Assembly: GCA_048886185.1 (NCBI GenBank)
Contig: JBHLKY010000008.1
Span: forward strand, 153,047-185,046
Length of the DNA stretch: 32,000 bases
Direction: 5' to 3'
Origin: Candidatus Hermodarchaeota archaeon
Lineage (GTDB): Archaea > Asgardarchaeota > Heimdallarchaeia > Hodarchaeales > Hodarchaeaceae
The notes beneath the pieces were generated by a model, which saw nothing but the letters and a program-made list of their open reading frames with translations, did not search any database and had not been told where the DNA came from. How positions within the stretch are numbered: position 1 is the first letter of the stretch; each line of letters begins with the position of its first letter. The translations under genes were made by a program, and so were the position numbers. Positions 8,528-16,278 of this stretch are shown one piece after another.

Positions 8528-9805
8528 ATGCAGTTTCACCAAGCGATCATTGGAGGTGAAACAACAGTGGTTAACGAAGAGGATATCGATACTTCAACTG
8601 TAAAGTATCTTATCCATGAAAAGTTTAGCATTAACGGTGTGGCTGAACGGTCAGATATTATTGGAGCACTGTTCGGTCAGACTGAAGGATTAATTGGTGA
8701 GGGACTAGATTTACGAGAATTACAAAAAACATCAAGAATAGGAAGAATTGCTGTTAAATTACAATATCAAAAAAAGCAACGAAAAACAATAGGAACGATC
8801 ATTTTACCATCATCTCTAGACAGAGTCGAAACAGCTTTGCTTGCTGCTGCTTTGGAAACCGTAGATCGAGTTGGACCTTGTGTTGGGAAGATTTCTCTCC
8901 TGAAAATTGAAGATGTCCGTGAGAGTAAACGGAGACAGATAATCACTCGTGCTTCTCAAATTCTTAAAACATGGGATCACGAGATAGCCCCAGATTCAAT
9001 CTCTGTTTTAGAAGAAGTTCTCAAAGAAGCTCGAATAAGCATTATTCAAAAATTTGGAAAAGAAGAATTACCTGCTGGGCCAGGTATTCAAGATAATGAC
9101 AATTTGATTATTGTTGAAGGAAGAGCTGATGTTGTTAATCTCTTAAAACATGGATTCAGGAATGTGATTGCAGTACAAGGAACAAATGTTCCAGCAGATG
9201 TTATTGAACTCTCTAGAAAAAAAGTAACTACTGCATTTCTAGATGGAGATCACGGTGGGGATCTTATTCTTCGAGAGCTTATTCATCTCACGGATTTAGA
9301 TTACGTTGCAAGGGCTCCACAAAATCGTGAAGTAGAAGAGTTATCTAGTAAAGAGCTTCTAAAAGCCTTACGTACTAAAATACCAATCGAGCAGATAATG
9401 AAAGAGATGAATATCTCTCCTGAAGAAATTGAAGCTCCAGATGAGACCCCCAATACGTCTCAATCTGAAATAGAACCTGATGAAATCCCAATTATCGTTC
9501 AATCTCAACCATTAAGATCAAAAATTCCACGAAATTTTGCAGAATTCCTGGAAAATCTCTCAGAACAAGAAGCCATTCTACTTGGATCAAATTTATCAGT
9601 TTTAAAAGAACATATCCCAATTAGTGATCTTCACGACACCATACTTAAAACAAATGATGTAGAAACTATAATTTTTGATGGAATAATTACCCAAAGACTT
9701 CTCGATGTTGCATTAGAACGCGGAATAAAATCTATTGTAGGGGCAAAACAACACGATGTCACAAAAAAACCCTTAGATATAGATATATACACATTCTCAG
9801 AATAA
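8528..9805 (+). CDS. dnaG: Archaeal DnaG (TOPRIM; exosome-associated DnaG-type primase homologue)
   Basis: GALFGQTEGL, LRELQKTSRIGRI, SSLDRVETA, IIVEGRADV, DGDHGG, YVARAP; the exact start may be slightly downstream. Confidence 0.95.
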   Translation: MQFHQAIIGGETTVVNEEDIDTSTVKYLIHEKFSINGVAERSDIIGALFGQTEGLIGEGLDLRELQKTSRIGRIAVKLQYQKKQRKTIGTIILPSSLDRVETALLAAALETVDRVGPCVGKISLLKIEDVRESKRRQIITRASQILKTWDHEIAPDSISVLEEVLKEARISIIQKFGKEELPAGPGIQDNDNLIIVEGRADVVNLLKHGFRNVIAVQGTNVPADVIELSRKKVTTAFLDGDHGGDLILRELIHLTDLDYVARAPQNREVEELSSKELLKALRTKIPIEQIMKEMNISPEEIEAPDETPNTSQSEIEPDEIPIIVQSQPLRSKIPRNFAEFLENLSEQEAILLGSNLSVLKEHIPISDLHDTILKTNDVETIIFDGIITQRLLDVALERGIKSIVGAKQHDVTKKPLDIDIYTFSE

Positions 9806-9821
9806 TCTCCCCTTTTTTCAT

Positions 9822-9853
9822 GCAGGAATTGCAGGACTCCTGCTTTTATTTTT
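9822..9853 (+). terminator. Hairpin plus T-run after dnaG
   Basis: GCAGGA (9822-9827) pairs with TCCTGC (9838-9843), followed by TTTTATTTTT. Confidence 0.3.
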
Positions 9854-9914
9854 AATCCACTGCTATTTCATATCATGTCTTCTGATGTGATACTCATAAT
9901 CTTTAAGATGAAAA

Positions 9915-10008
9915 GGGGTCTGTAACCCTAAACACTAACTCTTGCGACATCATATACAGGGATTTCCTAATTCAGTCGAGTTCTCTGGTGAAGGGCATTT
10001 ATGACCCC
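9915..10008 (-). ncRNA. Box C/D-like sRNA candidate 3 (degenerate outer boxes)
   Basis: 94 nt closed by GGGGUC/GACCCC; central CUGA (9975-9972), short UAGG/CCUG stem and AUGAUGU (9953-9947), the same inner layout as candidate 1. Outer box C is not recognisable, box D is at best CAGA, and the guides would be unusually long. Confidence 0.35.
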
Positions 10009-10404
10009 AAATTGTCCTGTTATTTAGGAGGGTTAACCCTAACGCTCATTGTTGGGTGACACACCCAGTCTCATGCGAGAGCCCGTCTCCTAATCTTATT
10101 GGATCGAAGAGCTCTGGATTTCTCTGCTTATTTGCACCATGAATCATTAATATCCTCAGGTCCTCGAGAAGCAGAAGTTATTCCATCACAGCGTATAGGA
10201 ATTATTAAACCAATTAAAAAAATCTTTCTATTTTTTTCTAGCAATGCTACTACTTATCAATAGTAACTAGTATTCTAAATAAAATCATCACATATTTCAA
10301 ATTATTAAAAGCAGAACGAGCCTTATAAAGTAAGGACAGATTAATGCTTATTATATTCCAAAAAACTCAGAAAAACCTTCAAACTCTTTCATGGAGATTA
10401 GAAT

Positions 10405-10866
10405 TTGAAACGATTTGAAAATGTTGGTTTAGGCGGAACATTTGATCGTTTACACTCTGGACATAGATTATTTCTCGATATAGCTACATATTATGGTGAA
10501 TCTGTTCATATTGGGTTAATTAGTCAAAGTTATTTGAATAAAATACATAAGAATTACAGGGAATCTATTCAAAACTTTCAAATCAGGCGGAAAGAAATTA
10601 AAAGTTTATTAGAGAAACGAAAAGCTCAATATTCTATTTCAACCATAGAAAATCCTGGGATGGACCGGGAATTAGCTAGTGAAGGGAATCTAAATGCTCT
10701 AGTTGTATCACAAGAAACATATTCAGGAGCTTATGTTATTAATCGTCTACGAGCTAGCCAGGGAAAATCAAAGCTTACTATCATTGTAATCCCCCGTGTT
10801 ATTCGTATGAATGGTACACTCGAAAGCAGTACAAGATTAAGAAAAGAGGAACTTGAAAAAAGTTAG
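10405..10866 (+). CDS. coaD: Phosphopantetheine adenylyltransferase (archaeal/eukaryotic type)
   Basis: GGTFDRLHSGH (HxGH), LVVSQET, ESSTRLR; TTG start. Confidence 0.88.
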   Translation: MKRFENVGLGGTFDRLHSGHRLFLDIATYYGESVHIGLISQSYLNKIHKNYRESIQNFQIRRKEIKSLLEKRKAQYSISTIENPGMDRELASEGNLNALVVSQETYSGAYVINRLRASQGKSKLTIIVIPRVIRMNGTLESSTRLRKEELEKS

Positions 10867-10885
10867 GTTTTAAAGAAAAACTATA

Positions 10886-10987
10886 TGGAAGGAGCACCTC
10901 CGAACTCAAGATCTTCATCATTTAAGACATAAATAGATGTATTTTGTGCCTTATCGGGAGGGCTAGAGCCGTCATTGGATCCTTCCA
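10886..10987 (-). ncRNA. Box C/D-like sRNA candidate 2
   Basis: 8-bp terminal stem UGGAAGGA/UCCUUCCA; box C AUGACGG (10975-10969), 11-nt guide, D' CCGA (10957-10954), hairpin UAAGGCA/UGUCUUA, C' AUGAUGA (10921-10915), 12-nt guide, D CGGA (10902-10899). The C/D deviations are compensatory (C-G pair). Confidence 0.65.
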
Positions 10988-11201
10988 ACGTTTTTCATCA
11001 AAAAAGAAAGTTATAAGGTTATCGGTGTTGTGTTTCACAAGAAAAAATAACTTACAAGACTTTAAGCAAAAAGTCCTTTAGTAACATTTAAACAGAGAAG
11101 ATTCAGCCTTATTCAAGAAAACCAACAAGATATAAATTTTAATTCGTTATGAATCTCAAAATATTCCGTACTTCATTAATTTCTATTGACAAGCAACAAG
11201 T

Positions 11202-12410
11202 ATGATGGAAGAAGAAATGGAACCAGTCATTTTCTTACTTATTGTTGGATTTAGCTGGATTGTTTTGAATGCTATCAGTCGGATTCAATGGTTTGACGTG
11301 AAAAATCCCGAGATAGGGTTAGGATATGCATTATATCGCACAACAAGATTGAATGACCTCATCGATCGACTTGCGAGTAGAGGGCGCATAATCTGGAAGT
11401 TTATATGGGATATAGGAGTAATTTCTGGATTGGGAATTCTGTTTGTTGGGTTAGCTATTTTTACAATCAATATTCCATTATTCTTTCAACCATCAGGAGA
11501 TGGAACAAGCACCGCAATCGCAGTGACACCAGTAATTCCAGGAATAACAATTTCATTTCAGACCCTCCCTTACTTTGTAGTGGCTATAATGATTGGAGCT
11601 ATAGTTCATGAATTTGCCCATGGGATCGCTGCAAGAGTTGAAGAAGTTGAGCTCAAAAGTACAGGGATCTTTGTTTTTTTAGTGCTCTTTGGAGCCTTTG
11701 TCGAACCAAATGAAGAAATTATTTCTCAAAAATCCCGTAGATCTAAAATAAGAATCTTTGCTGCAGGCGCACTTGCTAACATGGTCGTTGCAGGTTTAAC
11801 GATTCTGATTCTAATCATCCCAATAGGTTTTCCTCTATTAATAGCACCTCTTTATAATTCAGAGCCAAGTGGGGCTCTAATAATGGAAGCTATTCCCAAT
11901 AATCCAGCTTCTCAGGCTGGTATGAGAGCAGGAGATGCCATTATTGCAATTAATTCATCTGAAGGCTACAAAGATATAACTTCTTCTCGTGTTTTCCAAG
12001 AGTTTGTAAATTCATCAGTTCTCCCAAACCAAACTTTAATTTTTTATTTTGCTAATAAAAAGGATCCTATCCCCCTTGAAACCGTACCACGCAGTGATAA
12101 TCCGGATAAAGGATTCATAGGCATACGTACATGGGAATATTTCAAACCGCGTTTTTTTACACCATCACCTATTGTTAATTTTATCCCTTTTTGGACATTG
12201 AATATCATCATATATGTCTTCATGATAAATCTTATGGTCGCAATTATTAATCTGTTACCCATCCCCTTATTGGATGGAGATAAACTCTTAACTGAGTTTC
12301 TAGGCCCAAAGTTTAGTAAATATCTACCATGGATTAGATACTTCTCCTTGGGAGTACTCGGAATCAATATATTCCTATCCTTTTTACTCATGGGTTGGTC
12401 ACAGCTTTAA
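11202..12410 (+). CDS. Site-2 protease (M50 intramembrane metalloprotease) with PDZ domain
   Basis: HEFAH (HExxH), FGAFVEP, NLLPIPLLDG, PDZ-like segment PNNPASQAGMRAGDAIIAIN, multiple TM segments. Confidence 0.93.
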   Translation: MMEEEMEPVIFLLIVGFSWIVLNAISRIQWFDVKNPEIGLGYALYRTTRLNDLIDRLASRGRIIWKFIWDIGVISGLGILFVGLAIFTINIPLFFQPSGDGTSTAIAVTPVIPGITISFQTLPYFVVAIMIGAIVHEFAHGIAARVEEVELKSTGIFVFLVLFGAFVEPNEEIISQKSRRSKIRIFAAGALANMVVAGLTILILIIPIGFPLLIAPLYNSEPSGALIMEAIPNNPASQAGMRAGDAIIAINSSEGYKDITSSRVFQEFVNSSVLPNQTLIFYFANKKDPIPLETVPRSDNPDKGFIGIRTWEYFKPRFFTPSPIVNFIPFWTLNIIIYVFMINLMVAIINLLPIPLLDGDKLLTEFLGPKFSKYLPWIRYFSLGVLGINIFLSFLLMGWSQL

Positions 12411-12658
12411 TCCATATGATCAAAACTACACCCGTTTTAAGGGCTATTATTTCTTTCAAGGGAGAAAGTTTTTTTAGTCCTTATTCAATACTATCACTCC
12501 TGTTTGTCTTGAAACTATTTTGTCATTCAATTTTTTCAGATATGATGATTGAAAAAGCTAAATCTGATACCACTAAACAAGAAATAATAAAAGGAAGAAT
12601 AATTAATCTACTCGAGAATAATAATTTATCACAAAAGAAAAGCTAGGATTGGTTCTAA

Positions 12659-13270
12659 GTGGCTCTTGATCTTTTTGAACTCTTGTCTCAAACTCTAATT
12701 TCTTGGAATTTTCTCATTTTGATCATTGGTGGTTTTTTAGCAGCATCTTGGCTCTTTGTACGATTAGCTGGTGTAAGCACGGATGATATGTCTAACATTG
12801 TAGATAAATTAGCTCTTATAGGATTCCCTGTAGGTATTACTGCTTTAATTACCATAGGGGCTGGACTCTACCTTTGGTCAAAAGATTCCAATTTCATAGA
12901 AAGCTATAATACATTTGATATCATCACAATCAGTTGTTTAGGGATCCTGGGTCTCGTATTGATTTTAAGACCAATTAAAGATTTCAGATTTGGAGTATTC
13001 CTTTCTTTAGCTATTGGTCTACTAGGAGCAGGATTATTTGTATTTTTAGGCGCAAGATCTGTTCAAATTTTATCAGTAGCTTTCTTTGTACTCTTCTTAG
13101 TCATCTATCTGTCCATAAAAATGTTTGAAGATCTTTATCTTCTTATAGCGGAATTTCTCTCTTCTCCCTTGATTTCTGTTATTGTTGGAATTCTCTGCCT
13201 ATTGCAAGGTGTACTCCAACTATTTAGTTTGTCGATTGGAGGAATAATCGTATTCTTTTTCGCGGTATGA
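12659..13270 (+). CDS. Hypothetical polytopic membrane protein
   Basis: 203 aa, about six hydrophobic segments, GTG start; no family recognised. Confidence 0.75.
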   Translation: MALDLFELLSQTLISWNFLILIIGGFLAASWLFVRLAGVSTDDMSNIVDKLALIGFPVGITALITIGAGLYLWSKDSNFIESYNTFDIITISCLGILGLVLILRPIKDFRFGVFLSLAIGLLGAGLFVFLGARSVQILSVAFFVLFLVIYLSIKMFEDLYLLIAEFLSSPLISVIVGILCLLQGVLQLFSLSIGGIIVFFFAV

Positions 13271-13277
13271 AGAAACT

Positions 13278-13784
13278 TCACCTTATGATTTCTAATCGCA
13301 CAGGATTCTTTGAAATCAGCTCCGCAATCTGTTTGAGTTGATCCAATGGAAATCTCAGTAACTCAGGATCACCTCGTAAGGTGATCTTTAATTCAATATC
13401 ACCTTCAGGGGGAGCAAAGATTTGGTCAATTTCAAGGATATCTAAGGGAGCGAAGAAATCAGCAAAAGTTTTTCGTGTATCAGCCTTTCTTTCGATAATC
13501 TCAATTGGTTTCCTGATTTCAGATTCGATAAAATACTTAAGCTCTTCATTTTCCAGAATGTTACGTCCATTTTGCGTTAATAAGACAATGGAACCATTCA
13601 AACGATGTGCACGATCTAGGGTCACATTATGCAGTTGTTTTGGAAATCGTTGCTCAGCTTTAGCAAAGGCTATAGAAACATCAACATCCAATTGAGTAAA
13701 TTTCCCCTTTCGAAGTTTCTGTTTACATTTTTTACAGAGTACTCCAGTTTTTGCACAAAAGTTACATATGGGGGTTACAACCAC
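13278..13784 (-). CDS. Archaeal NusA-like protein with N-terminal Zn finger
   Basis: PICNFCAKTGVLCKKC (CxxC...CxxC) followed by TQLDVDVS and a KH-like region; this matches the recalled pattern of the archaeal NusA-like family. Confidence 0.75.
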   Translation of the reverse strand: MVVTPICNFCAKTGVLCKKCKQKLRKGKFTQLDVDVSIAFAKAEQRFPKQLHNVTLDRAHRLNGSIVLLTQNGRNILENEELKYFIESEIRKPIEIIERKADTRKTFADFFAPLDILEIDQIFAPPEGDIELKITLRGDPELLRFPLDQLKQIAELISKNPVRLEIIR

Positions 13785-13898
13785 GAATGCAGCCTCATTA
13801 TTTCTTTCCTTAATTCAATAATTATTTTGCATATTTCACTCATATAAATATTCTTAGGGCGATTATCCTAAAGTAACATACATTTCTTATACTGAATC

Positions 13899-14825
13899 TC
13901 ATAGAACATTCTTTAATACTGCTGCTACAGTGTGTAATCGATTTTCAGCTTCATCGAAAACAACAGAGTGCTTACCATAGATCACGTCATCAGAAACTTC
14001 TTCTTCATGACGAGGGAGGCAATGCATGAAAATAAAGTCCTTGTCTGCATGTTGAATTAATTGTTCATTAACCTGAAAGCCTTCAAACTTTCTCAATTTT
14101 GCTTGTTTTTCAGATTCTTGACCCATTGAAATGAAAGTGTCCGTTACAACAACATTTGCTCCAGAGGCAGCCAATTTAGGATCATTAGTCATTTTAACTT
14201 GCTCAGGTGATGAAGCATTTTTTTTACAGAAATTTAAAACGGTAGAATCTGGTTCATATCCTTCAGGCGTCGCAATATAGATATTCATACCCATTTTTAT
14301 TGAAGAAATCATTAAGGAATGGCATACATTATTACCATCTCCAATCCAAGCAATGGAAACTCCTTTTAGTTTCCCAAGATGTTCTTCTATGGTTAGGATA
14401 TCTGCTAATCCTTGTAGAGGATGAAATAGATCTGAAAGCGCATTAATTACGGGGACGCCAGAGTGTTCAGCAAGAACCTCAACATCGGTATGATCAAAAA
14501 CACGAGCCAAAATCCCAGATACCATACGACCTAATACTTTTGCAGTATCGTGTAGTGATTCGTTGACTCCTAGTTGAATGTCATCCTTTCCTAGAAATAA
14601 AGCATGCCCCCCAAGCTCAACCATTGCTGTTTCGGTCGAAACACGAGTCCGAGTTGATCGCTTTTGAAAAATCATACCTAATGTTTTTCCTCTCAAAGGT
14701 TGATTTTCAATAATTTTCCTTCTGTTTTTCTTAAATTCCTTTGCCTCATCAAGTAAGAATCGGATTTCTTCAGTTGTAAGATCTTTAAGTGTTAATAAAG
14801 AGCGTCCTTTCATGTTTATCGTCAT
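13899..14825 (-). CDS. argF: Ornithine carbamoyltransferase
   Basis: STRTR (carbamoyl-phosphate site), HPLQ, GDGNN, SMGQE, HCLP, EAENR. Confidence 0.96.
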   Translation of the reverse strand: MTINMKGRSLLTLKDLTTEEIRFLLDEAKEFKKNRRKIIENQPLRGKTLGMIFQKRSTRTRVSTETAMVELGGHALFLGKDDIQLGVNESLHDTAKVLGRMVSGILARVFDHTDVEVLAEHSGVPVINALSDLFHPLQGLADILTIEEHLGKLKGVSIAWIGDGNNVCHSLMISSIKMGMNIYIATPEGYEPDSTVLNFCKKNASSPEQVKMTNDPKLAASGANVVVTDTFISMGQESEKQAKLRKFEGFQVNEQLIQHADKDFIFMHCLPRHEEEVSDDVIYGKHSVVFDEAENRLHTVAAVLKNVL

Positions 14826-14845
14826 TACTCATCACTTCTGATATC

Positions 14846-15148
14846 TCATGCTTGATTAAAAATATATCCCCCATGAATTACTGGGATAAATGATATTGTA
14901 TCTTCAGCATTCACTTTTGTTTTCATCCCATCCAATACGGAAATTTCTTGCTCATTGATAAAAATTAGGAGAGATCGCTTTGAGTCTAATGACTCTGTAA
15001 AGAAGCTTTTCAGCTCTTTAAACTGAGAATCTTTTATTAGTTCTGAAACAATATCACGCACAGAATTCCCCGAGGAGATTTGAAAAGAGAGATAATGCTG
15101 GTTTATATCATATCGCAATGATCCTAGGAATTTTAAGCGTATTTTCAT
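14846..15148 (-). CDS. Ubiquitin-fold protein, Urm1/SAMP/MoaD family, with a 6-aa extension after GG
   Basis: KFLGSL...SVRDIV...IFINE...DTISFIPVIHGG-YIFNQA-stop; the C-terminus was checked on the DNA (cat ggg gga tat att ttt aat caa gca tga). Confidence 0.85.
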   Translation of the reverse strand: MKIRLKFLGSLRYDINQHYLSFQISSGNSVRDIVSELIKDSQFKELKSFFTESLDSKRSLLIFINEQEISVLDGMKTKVNAEDTISFIPVIHGGYIFNQA

Positions 15149-15176
15149 CGAAACATCAGTTTTTAGACTATAATCA

Positions 15177-15278
15177 TGCGCCGACCGGGATTTTCAGAAA
15201 ACCCCTGAAGAGGATTTCATTTGAACCCGGGTCACCAGCTTGGGAGGCTGGAGTCCTTCCAGACTAGACTATCGGCGC
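15177..15278 (-). tRNA. trnG: tRNA-Gly(CCC) with a 29-nt intron at position 59/60
   Basis: Acceptor GCGCCGA/TCGGCGC, anticodon arm CCAGC-CTCCCAA-GCTGG, T stem CCGGG/CCCGG. Removing 15191-15219 gives a 73-nt tRNA with T-loop TTCAAAT. Confidence 0.93.
15191..15219 (-). other. BHB-type tRNA intron in the T-loop
   Basis: CCGGG-TTCA-[AAT]-GAAA...TTTC-TGAA-[AAT]-CCCGG: a 4-bp central helix flanked by two 3-nt bulges. Confidence 0.9.
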
Positions 15279-15416
15279 CATATACCAATTTGAAGGAACC
15301 ATTTTCAATTCTATTATATATGGAATTTCATAGGGTGCTGTAAAAATGCATTCCATCTCCTCTTTCAAGAATACAGATTGTGAAAAATAGTTTTGACAAT
15401 GATTCTGTCAGTTTGA

Positions 15417-16163
15417 TCAGCGGAACACGTCACTTTGTGGATCCCTAATCAATATGGTAGCAGGCGCATCAGATGGAGTATATTTCACCCCACGAACAAT
15501 AATCACAGGTGTTCCTTCATTAGATTGGCCCATCACTAAACCAGCTGCAGCAGCTACTTCATCCACTTTAGCAACAATGGTAGATACCAATTCATATCCA
15601 AAAAGGTCTGTTTGCCCTCGTAAATCTTCGATAGGATTAATTCCAGCAACTCCAATAGCAACATTGACAGTTCCTATCCTAAAAGGTCTACCAAAAGTGT
15701 CGGAGATAATAACTGCTACATTCTTTCCTAAATCTGCCAGAACTTTATCTTTTATACGTTGAGCTGACAAATCTGGATCAGTGGGAAGTCCGATAACGGT
15801 CTCCCCCGGTGTATTAGATTTATCTACCCCACTATTCGCACAAATGAAGCCATGTTTCGTCTCTGTGATTAAAACACGGTTATTCATCCTTATGATTTCC
15901 TGACTTTCCTGAAGGATTACCTCAATTTTTCGGGGATCTTTCTCCTGAAAAATCCCGATACTCTGAGCAAAAGAACTCGGAATCATTTCGCTTAGATTAT
16001 AAACCCTATTTTCAGCTTTTGATATAATAGTATGGGCAATGACTAGAATATCATTATCTACTAGATCTATTTTCTGTAATTCCGATACTAAGATTTGTTC
16101 AAGATTATCTCCTGGATTGATAAGAGGAAAGCCTTGAAGAGGAAAAATTGTTATCGTCATCAT
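15417..16163 (-). CDS. cofE: Coenzyme F420-0:L-glutamate ligase
   Basis: PLINPGDNL, HTIISKAE, CANSGVDKSN, IISDTFGRPFRIG, DLRGQTDLFG, DEVAAAA. Confidence 0.93.
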   Translation of the reverse strand: MMTITIFPLQGFPLINPGDNLEQILVSELQKIDLVDNDILVIAHTIISKAENRVYNLSEMIPSSFAQSIGIFQEKDPRKIEVILQESQEIIRMNNRVLITETKHGFICANSGVDKSNTPGETVIGLPTDPDLSAQRIKDKVLADLGKNVAVIISDTFGRPFRIGTVNVAIGVAGINPIEDLRGQTDLFGYELVSTIVAKVDEVAAAAGLVMGQSNEGTPVIIVRGVKYTPSDAPATILIRDPQSDVFR

Positions 16164-16278
16164 TAATAATATCCTAAATGGAGTTTGAAAGCCTCAGACC
16201 GCTCATCGTTCATCATTAAAAGACTTCTGTTCCCTAAGCTATCATCATAGGCTATTTTATGAGTCATAAATTAGTAAA

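Noticed and set aside
10073-10081. AUGCGAGAG matches a stretch of bacterial 5S rRNA; nearby GAGAAAUCC (minus strand) echoes RNase P CR-I
   Set aside because: Isolated short matches; the rest of the 5S fold and the RNase P P4 partner strand are absent.
10157-10174. CAGG-UCCUCGAGA-AGCAG resembles SRP RNA helix 8; CUGUAACCC at about 9920 resembles the Alu UGUNR motif
   Set aside because: Only 9 nt lie between CAGG and AGCAG, with no GNRA tetraloop and poor flanking pairing; the spacing to the Alu-like motif is too long, and no helix 6 was found.
12542-12567. AUGAUGA...CUGA on the plus strand
   Set aside because: Only half of a C/D set with a 15-nt A-rich spacer and no supporting stems; expected by chance in AT-rich DNA.
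12395-12646. 83-aa plus-strand ORF between the S2P gene and the membrane protein
   Set aside because: Overlaps the S2P end, has low-complexity AT-rich composition and no motif; probably spurious.
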